Source: the human T2T-CHM13v2.0 reference genome, Homo sapiens
Strand: one strand, 5' to 3'
NCBI RefSeq assembly: GCF_009914755.1
Contig: NC_060947.1
DNA: 64,000 nucleotides
This document shows, piece after piece, positions 56,173-64,000 of this stretch. The notes under the pieces were generated by a model. That model saw only the letters and a program-made list of their open reading frames with translations, was not told where the DNA came from and ran no database searches. The translations under genes were made by a program, and so were the position numbers. Position 1 is the first letter of the stretch. Each line of letters starts with the position of its first letter.

Positions 56173-57461
56173 AGTGTGAAAGAGTACCATCCAGCCATCT
56201 GATGGCATGACCATTTGCTAAATAGTTGCCCACAGAAAGTCTGAGTCCAGAAATCACTATTTCCTATTCTTTGAGCACGTCTGAGTGCACTATATTAAAA
56301 ACTGGGGTTAATAAGAAACAAAATAAAGTAAAATTTAATAATGATAGTGCCCTTGCCAAGAAAGAATAAAAAGATAAAAGTTAAATTAATTAAGTCATCA
56401 TGATTACAACTGCTCTCACCTTTTAAAAAAATCTTTGAAACGCCGTAATTCCTACTCACATTGCTTTTGAGAGAGAGACAGAGAGACTGAGCAAACTTTT
56501 ATTTCCAACTCAAGGTATTTCCCTAAGAGAAGCCCAGGTGAATGGAATATATAGGAGTCATTTCAGCAATATATCTCAATTTATTTATAAAAGCCTGCAT
56601 TCTCATCAGGCCCCCCTTCCTATCCTTCTGTTTCATATACTATTTCCCACATTAAACTGCTAAGTAATACAAAAGTAATAAAAACAGGAATCATGCACAC
56701 AGCTTACTGTCTACTTTAAGGAAAGTTTATACACCACTGGCTTCATTAAGATAACTTTACTAATACAGGAATCTCTTGCTTAGGAAAATAAAAGTTGCAA
56801 AGAACTTTACTGTTAATTTCAGCAACTGTCTGAAAGATCCATCAAGTCTTCAGTCAAAAGATTCAAATGACATTTTTCAACCCCAAAACACATTGAATCA
56901 TTGCCTAAAAGTGTTTGTCTTCTTGGCTCCACCAGTCCTAAATCATTATGATTCCTATCTAACTCCAAACAAACAGTCCCCCACTTTAAAAGACCCACTT
57001 TACACCAGATTTCAAAATGAGAATAAAGATACTTAAATCCCCTCGTCTGACATACTAGTGCTTTGTTGAAGTAGTGCTCTCTTTTACAGCGTTATGCAAA
57101 TAATATCAGCCCTGTCTTACGAACAGGCCATGTGGCTGATATTTGGAGAGTACGGTATATGATCTGGTTAGTCACCACTGCATGACATCATGTCACAGTA
57201 GACTGTGCCTAGATCCTGTCATCAATATCTATGTATATTTCTGAATATACATATACGGTCTGAATGACCTACAAGTATATTCAGGCAAATCAGTCACCAG
57301 TCCAGAGATGTAAATGTTCAATAACACACCTCCCCATAAATTTAGCACGTGTGAATATATTTAGTCTGCAGAAGAGTTTATTCCATTACATTCATTAGAA
57401 GCATGGCAGAAAACTGAGAACCAGAGGAAAAAAGTGAATTATCAAAGCACGTATAAAAATT

Positions 57462-57690
57462 GGTCAAGGTAGGAGGATCGCTTGAGCCCAGGAATTCGAG
57501 ACCAACATGGAAACGGAGTGAGACCATGCTCTAAAAAATGAATTTACTGCCCACGTGTGGTGTTTGCACCTGTAGTACCACCCACTTGAGAGGCTGCAGC
57601 ATGAGGATTATTTGAGCCCAGGAGATCCAGACTTCAGTGAGTTATGATCATGCCACTGCCATCCAGCCTGGGTGAGAAAGTGACACCCTG

Positions 57691-57732
<42 letters not shown>
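57462..57732 (+). mobile_element. AluJ (5'-truncated) with a 39-nt pure poly-A tail
   Basis: ggtcaaggtaggaggatcgcttgagcccagg...; A run 57694-57732. Confidence 0.88.
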
Positions 57733-57733
<1 letters not shown>

Positions 57734-59499
57734 ATTTATAAATAAGGATATAAAAATAGTTTATTTCACAACAGGCTTTTCTGAAACACGTCCTCCATTA
57801 AGGGTGACATAGGACTGTGTGTTCCCAATGTTTCTCAATGCATGAGATTGTTTGGGCAAAGAAAAAGAAAAGCTCCCTTAAGTCCCTTTCTTTCCACTAC
57901 AAACAACTTGTGGGTGCGGGTATGAGAACAGCAGGAAAACCACGGTCGGCCCTGCAAGTAGCAGACTCAATGGGCATGCCCCTTGCTAAGCAAGTTCCTG
58001 CTGCCCATGTGCCTTGCTGTCTGCTTTCTGTCCCTGCAGAGCTGTGGAAGGAAACGTTGTGACTTCTTTCTTGCCTACTATGACACAACACGTAGGTCCC
58101 AGATCAGTCCTCCCAGAAGTTGAAGTGTCAGTGAGTGTGAGGGAGAGCGGAAGGGCTTCCTGTGGGTTGGACCACTCGGTCTATGGCCTCATAGAGGTCG
58201 TCATCCTTCTACTAAAAGACAGTGGCATCACCATGGCCTTGATGTTGTGGGGTCCTGGAGAGGGGAGGAGTTAAGGCCGTAGAGGCGAGGAGGGTCAGAT
58301 GATCAAGGAATGAATTGAAGCGTGACATTATTTGCGGTATTTCAGTCTCCGAAGCATAAGAAACCACAGAGGATGGGTTCCAACATCCTTAGTGGGGACC
58401 TTGGAAGAAGCAGAGGACAGTGAGTGCAGGAACAAGGAGGTGCAGTGCAGCCCTTTAAGGCAAGAGGGGAACTCACTGCGCACGCTCCTTGGGTGCCCGC
58501 CTCAGTGCACAGGTTCACTGGGCGTCTTCCCATCTGCCTTTTTGCCCACGTGGTGAGTGCCTTAGAGCTGTGAGCCTGCAGCTCGGTCCCTGAGATCTGC
58601 ATTCTTTCTCCCCTACTGAGACGCAGCCGGTAAGTCCGCAGGCCCCTCCTACTGGGAATTGAAGTGTGAGTGAGAGTGAGGAGGAGACACTGGGGTTCCA
58701 GAGGGTCGGGCAGCTTGGTCGGTGACTCTGAGGGAGAAGGGCTTTGATGTTGTCGTCCTTCTCATGTGGCCCTGCCACTATGGGCCTTCTTGTCTTGCTG
58801 GAGTGCGAACGAAAGAAGAAGGAGGGCCTCGGAGTGGGGCGATGCTGGGGTGCTGCTGGCGGTATTCGAGTCCCAGAAACCCCTGGAACCCCCAACAGAG
58901 GACAGATTCTGAACTCCTCAAGGAGGATCAGGGCTGGGAGGTGTGGGCGGTAAGGAAAGGGCCTGCAAAGTGGGAACACTCCAGACTGGTTCCCGCCACC
59001 CCAAGGTTTGTGTAGTGACTCCCAGTGGCGCCCGACCTGTGAGGACCGCCCAGTGCTGTGTGGCAAGTTTTCAACTTCATCTTGGACGTTCGAATGCGCG
59101 GACGGGGCTCTGCATTCCAACAAAACTCGATTTTGTGGGGGAAATGGGCCTAGCAAATGGGTGCGTGACAAAAGCTGTGGACACTTTAATTTGAATTCTC
59201 AAGCTGTATTTTCCTAAGTGTCTCACCATGGAGAGTCCAGTTGTGAAACCAAACCTCATTGGAAATACTGTGTGTCTCTTGCCCTAAGCCCTAAGGCATT
59301 GCTCAGCTCAGTAAAGCCCTAAGGCATTACTTGACGAACGTAAGTGGCTGTGCAAGTATTCGATTCAGAAGGCATACACACTTATACATGCTCTCTGACT
59401 TACTTTTCAATGTCTTACCAAACTTTTATAAATTGCAAGTTAACATTTGGCCATGGACGTAGTATCCTCTCACGTGCATTTTTCCAATCACAGTTTTCT

Positions 59500-59790
59500 A
59501 ATTTTTGCTTTGTTTTGTTTTGATTTGGTTTGGTTTTTTTGAGAGGGAGTTTTGCTCTTGTTGCCCAGGCTGGAGTGCAATGACATGATCTCGGCTGGCT
59601 GCAACCTTTGCCCCTGGGTTCTATCGATTCTCCTGCCTCAGCCTCCCAACTAGCTGGGATTACAGGTACCTGCTACCACGCCCAGCTAAGTTTTTGTATT
59701 TTTGGTAGAGATGGGGTTTCACTATTTTGGCCAAGCTGGCCTCGAACTCCTGACCTCAGGTGGTCCACCCACCTTGGCCTCCCAAAGTGC
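59500..59790 (-). mobile_element. AluS (5'-truncated) inserted 18 bp upstream of the exon-2 acceptor
   Basis: Alu body flanked by imperfect TSD cacagttttct / cacactattct. Confidence 0.9.
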
Positions 59791-60847
59791 ACACTATTCT
59801 GTTTGCAGACTGAAATATGAGTTGGCGAGGAAGATGATATAGAACCAAGATGATGTTTACGACTTGCTCAGCTGATTGGGCCTATGCTTGTGAGTGACTT
59901 AACATTCAATGTTTTCTATTAGCAGAATTTTTTTGTGTGTGATAGTGTTGTTGAACTAGCATAGATGCACTGATAAAGGTCTCCCATGTTGACAAAAAAC
60001 CATTGCGGCATCTCATGAAGGAAACAGTAACCCAAGAGGACTACATACTGGTTTTGCCTGGATGTGGGAATTTGTGTTCCCCAGATTTGACTAGTGATTT
60101 CCTCCTCATGCTTATTCATAGCTCATTACACTAGCACATAGCTAGTGTTGCAGCATGTCTTTAAACATGCATATGATCAGAAGTATCTATGTAATCTGTA
60201 TATTCGTGTTATTGACATGCATTGATAAGAAAAATTTTTTATCTGCACATGCACACAGAAAACCCCCTTTTCCCAGGAGCCTAGTGTGCCAGAGCCTCAA
60301 CAAGAAGAACCACCAGCTGAAAGTCAGGATAGTACATCTGGTCAGAAGACAGAAGAAGATCAGGGTGCAGCTGAGATTCAAAGTGGTGGGAAGAGAAAGA
60401 AAGAATGTCTACGGGGGGAGGAGGCCTATGTGTGCATCATGCCTTATGCCATGACCAGTAAGAGGAGGAAAGAAAACACTAGGAAAGGATCTCAAACATT
60501 TGCTGAGGGTTGGCTGGAAACGTGACGGGTATAGTTTGCAGCTTCCTGCAGTCCCTGGATATGATTAATCTTCTCTTTTTCTTCGAGATGCATTTTGTAG
60601 GCTTGAAAGTACAGTCCTTCCTAAATCAGATGAAATCATTTAATTGGTTGTATAAAAATGTACATTATTTCACTAGTTTAACTTGATATTCTTAGGATGT
60701 TGCAGTGAGATCTTCTCAGCCATGGTATTCACAGTGTTTTAAGCACCCTTTAATAGCATGTGGAGTGCCAAGTCGCCCTACCTTATAATACCCTGAATAA
60801 AGCCCATTTGCAAAGGGATGTTAACCTCATTTTATAAATAAAACTGA

Positions 60848-61162
60848 GGCCCGGTGTGGTGGCTCATGCCTGTAATCCCTGCACTTTGGGAGGCCGAAGC
60901 GGGCAGATCACTTGAGGTCAGGAGTTCAAGACCAGCCTGGCCAATATGGTGAAACCCCATCTCTACTAAAAATACAAAAATTAGCTGGGCATGGTGGCAC
61001 ACACTCGTAATCCCAGATGCTAAGCAGGCTGAGGCAGGAGAGTCACTTGAGCCCGGGTGGCATTGGTTGCAGTGAGCCAAGATCGCACCACTGCACTCCA
61101 ACCTCGGTGACACAGCGAGACTCTGTCTCCAAAAATAAAAATAAAAATAAATAAATAAATAA
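60848..61162 (+). mobile_element. AluS
   Basis: Full body; TSD aaaactgag. Confidence 0.93.
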
Positions 61163-63073
61163 GAAAACTGAGAATCAGAGGTTGAGACTTACCAAGAACA
61201 CTTGGCTCATGGAGAAGGAATTCATATTTTGTTCCAAGGTTTGCATTCTATTTTAGAAAATGTGAATGATTTTGCTTAAAAATGCTTAATATTCAAATGT
61301 GTCTGTACTATAAGGTAATTTGGTATCGGCTCAGGGCAAAACGCAGTTCAGTGAAGCAAGATAGCAACTCCAGAAAGGAGGCCAATAAATGACAGCCACT
61401 GTTTCCTTTGATTTATATTTTTGACCGTATGTTTGATAAAAGCTGGATAATTCAGGACAATGGCATACAGGTAACTGTATTTGTAGGATTTTGAAGGGGC
61501 TTTTAAAAGTTGTTGCAATATTTTTATAATTAGAAAATTCTAAGTATGATAAGATTATCATGAAACAGAAACTGTTTCCTCAACAGATAGCATTTTCAAA
61601 CTAATCAGAGACAGAATTTGGGCCATGGGTTATTTTGGCAATTCCCTGTTAAGGGGTTTCCAGAATATGACTGTCAACAATGCCCATTAATTTATTTGCA
61701 CTTCAGTTCCCATACTCTCACTGGAAGACAGTGATTTTGCTTTTATATTCCGTACTTTTTTCTTAATGACATTCATGTATGGAAAGTCACATATAGCGCC
61801 TTTTGACCTAAGAATAACTTTGATTAAGTTTAACCCCAACATTTTCAAGATACCTCAACAGGAGATGAGTATCAGGACTATAGGATTTGTCATAAGCTCA
61901 CCAATACATTGATCTAATCCTTCAGAAAATTACATTTAAGTTATGATTAAAATGCTATCCACGAGGCCATCTTCAGGTTTCCTAGGTAGCTGTGTGTTTA
62001 TAATACACAATGGTAAAGTATGGGAAATGCAGGTGTGCTGTGACTTATCCTCAGATTGTCATTTAAGATAAGATATCATAATACAGGAAAACAAACGGGG
62101 ACATCTTTGCATCACATTTATTACCACAGTAGCCTCTAGGCTTTTATTGCATCACACTGAGGAAAAGAACAGGATCATTTCCTTATTTATCATTCTGCTT
62201 TGGCTGCTCCAGTTGATTTCCTTGGTATTTTTTAGTGCCTGACCTGGAAGCTGATCTCCAGGAGCTGTCTCAGTCAAAGACTGGGGATGAATGCGGAGAT
62301 GATCCTGATATCCAGGGGAAGATTCTGCCAAAATCAGAGCAATTTAAAATGCCAGAAGGAGGTATGTTATCCATTAAGATTCAAAATTACGTGCTTTCTG
62401 TATTCCACAATATTACACTTTTGACAATAAAAAGAGAGAATATTACTGCCCCTCCAAAAACTGAGTTCAAATGCAGACTTTCTTCGAAAGGTAGATCAGA
62501 CCCTAGAAGCCTGACTGCAAAACTGAAACACTATCAGATACAGACACAAATTGGGTCAAAGCCATATTGAACCATTGAATAGCAAAGCATTTTGTTACTT
62601 CTAAGTATAACCAACAGCTAACAATTTTCAGATTATTTTGCAATTTCTGTTTCTCACAAATAAATAATGCATTTGTAATACCACTTTGTATGATATATGC
62701 TGATCCCTGAAGGAGATTCTAGTACCAGCTCCAACATAATTTGTGAGATTCTGGACAAATCACATCAATCCTACACCCATTTTTGCTTTTATTGAAAATA
62801 GTGAATGCACATAAGATACATTAAAATCCATTTCAGTGCTGGTTTCTCCATGCTTTCGTCTTGTTGCAGAGAATATACAGATATTCTGATTTTCATGATT
62901 TGTTTATCATAACAATCAGCTTTAGTCCAATTAAAATATCTGAGTTGAGACTTCATTGCTCCTAAGAAAATGAGAAGGCACTCTGCTTGATGCTTGTTTT
63001 CCTGTATGGAGACCTTCATGAGTGTTCTTGGATTTTGTCAAATCCTGAATTCTCTCAGGCTCTTAAACAATGA

Positions 63074-63377
<304 letters not shown>

Positions 63378-64000
63378 AATGATTACATTTTAATGTCTTC
63401 CCGCAGTGAAGCCTTGAATGACTGAGTAATAAAATCGATAGAGACAGTCAGGTTTTTGTGACCCATGAAGTAGGGAGAATGCATGTAGGTCAGTCATGCT
63501 CAAGGTGGTTGTAAGATGCCTGTGCTAAGCATGCTCCCTGTCCTCCTGTCAGTCTTCATGAGCTACTGTGTGTAATTAGATTGAAGACACATATGGTAAC
63601 CGCTAACCATATCAGAGGTTATATTACAGGCTTCTGCTTTGAGTCATCAGATGATATGATTTAGAGTTCAAAGTCTATAATGTACTAAGTCCTGAGTAGT
63701 CCACATAAGTATTTTTCATACATGTTTTCCAAATTGCTGACTTAATTAGAAGAACTTCTGAATTTAAAGGAAGCACTGCACGTATAGGGGAGAATATCTA
63801 AATGTTTTTACTTCACACTGCTGAACCACTCCCTTTGACTATTTACATTAAAGGATAGCTTGTAGGCGATTTCCAGGAGCCTATTGAACAAGCCTGAATA
63901 GTATTCTTAGGACAGTCATAGCATTATATGCATATCCTATTAAAATAGACAGCAAATTACATGATACAAGAAAATAATACTAAGAAATAAAAAAAGAGTC

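Larger units (their letters stand above)
58550..62361 (+). pseudogene. XAGE5-like XAGE-family pseudogene; exons ~58550-58629 (alternative donor 58665), 59809-59889, 60277-60382, 62236-62361; last exon beyond the window
   Basis: ATG at 59817 gives MSWRGR* (TGA 59835-59837), followed by a +1 insertion and a second TGA. Downstream exons EPSVPEPQQEEPPAESQD... and PDLEADLQELSQSKTGDECG...KMPEG are a GAGE domain; introns are collinear with XAGE1. Confidence 0.88.

Noticed and set aside
58515-59171. 218-aa antisense ORF over the XAGE-like first exon and intron
   Set aside because: GC-rich region with a non-ATG start; not preserved as one ORF in the XAGE1 paralog.
58550-62361. Calling this gene XAGE5 itself
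   Set aside because: Premature stops, a frameshift and several residue differences from XAGE5 as recalled; symbol left blank.

Overview
Primate (almost certainly human) genomic DNA from the XAGE cancer/testis cluster, which I recognise as Xp11.22 from the XAGE1 protein. It holds three near-identical XAGE1 copies. One is a + strand 3' end (1-3990), which is one arm of a palindrome around an 8.4-kb spacer. The other two are complete - strand copies in a 12.87-kb head-to-tail duplication joined at a 2-bp AG microhomology (25461-25462). Also present: a + strand XAGE5-like pseudogene (58.5 kb to the window end), two RBM22 processed-pseudogene copies in an older inverted duplication, an intron-containing TBC1D3/TBC1D26/USP6-family pseudogene (~43.4-46.8 kb, -), and many Alu, L1 and MaLR/ERVL elements. 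Most listed ORFs are spurious. I see no new enzymatic system. The best leads are the TBC1D3-family relic, the fossil record of XAGE1's reading-frame switch, copy-specific GGAA microsatellites upstream of XAGE1, and the rearrangement junctions. Protein homologies and repeat subfamilies were recognised from memory, not by database search.
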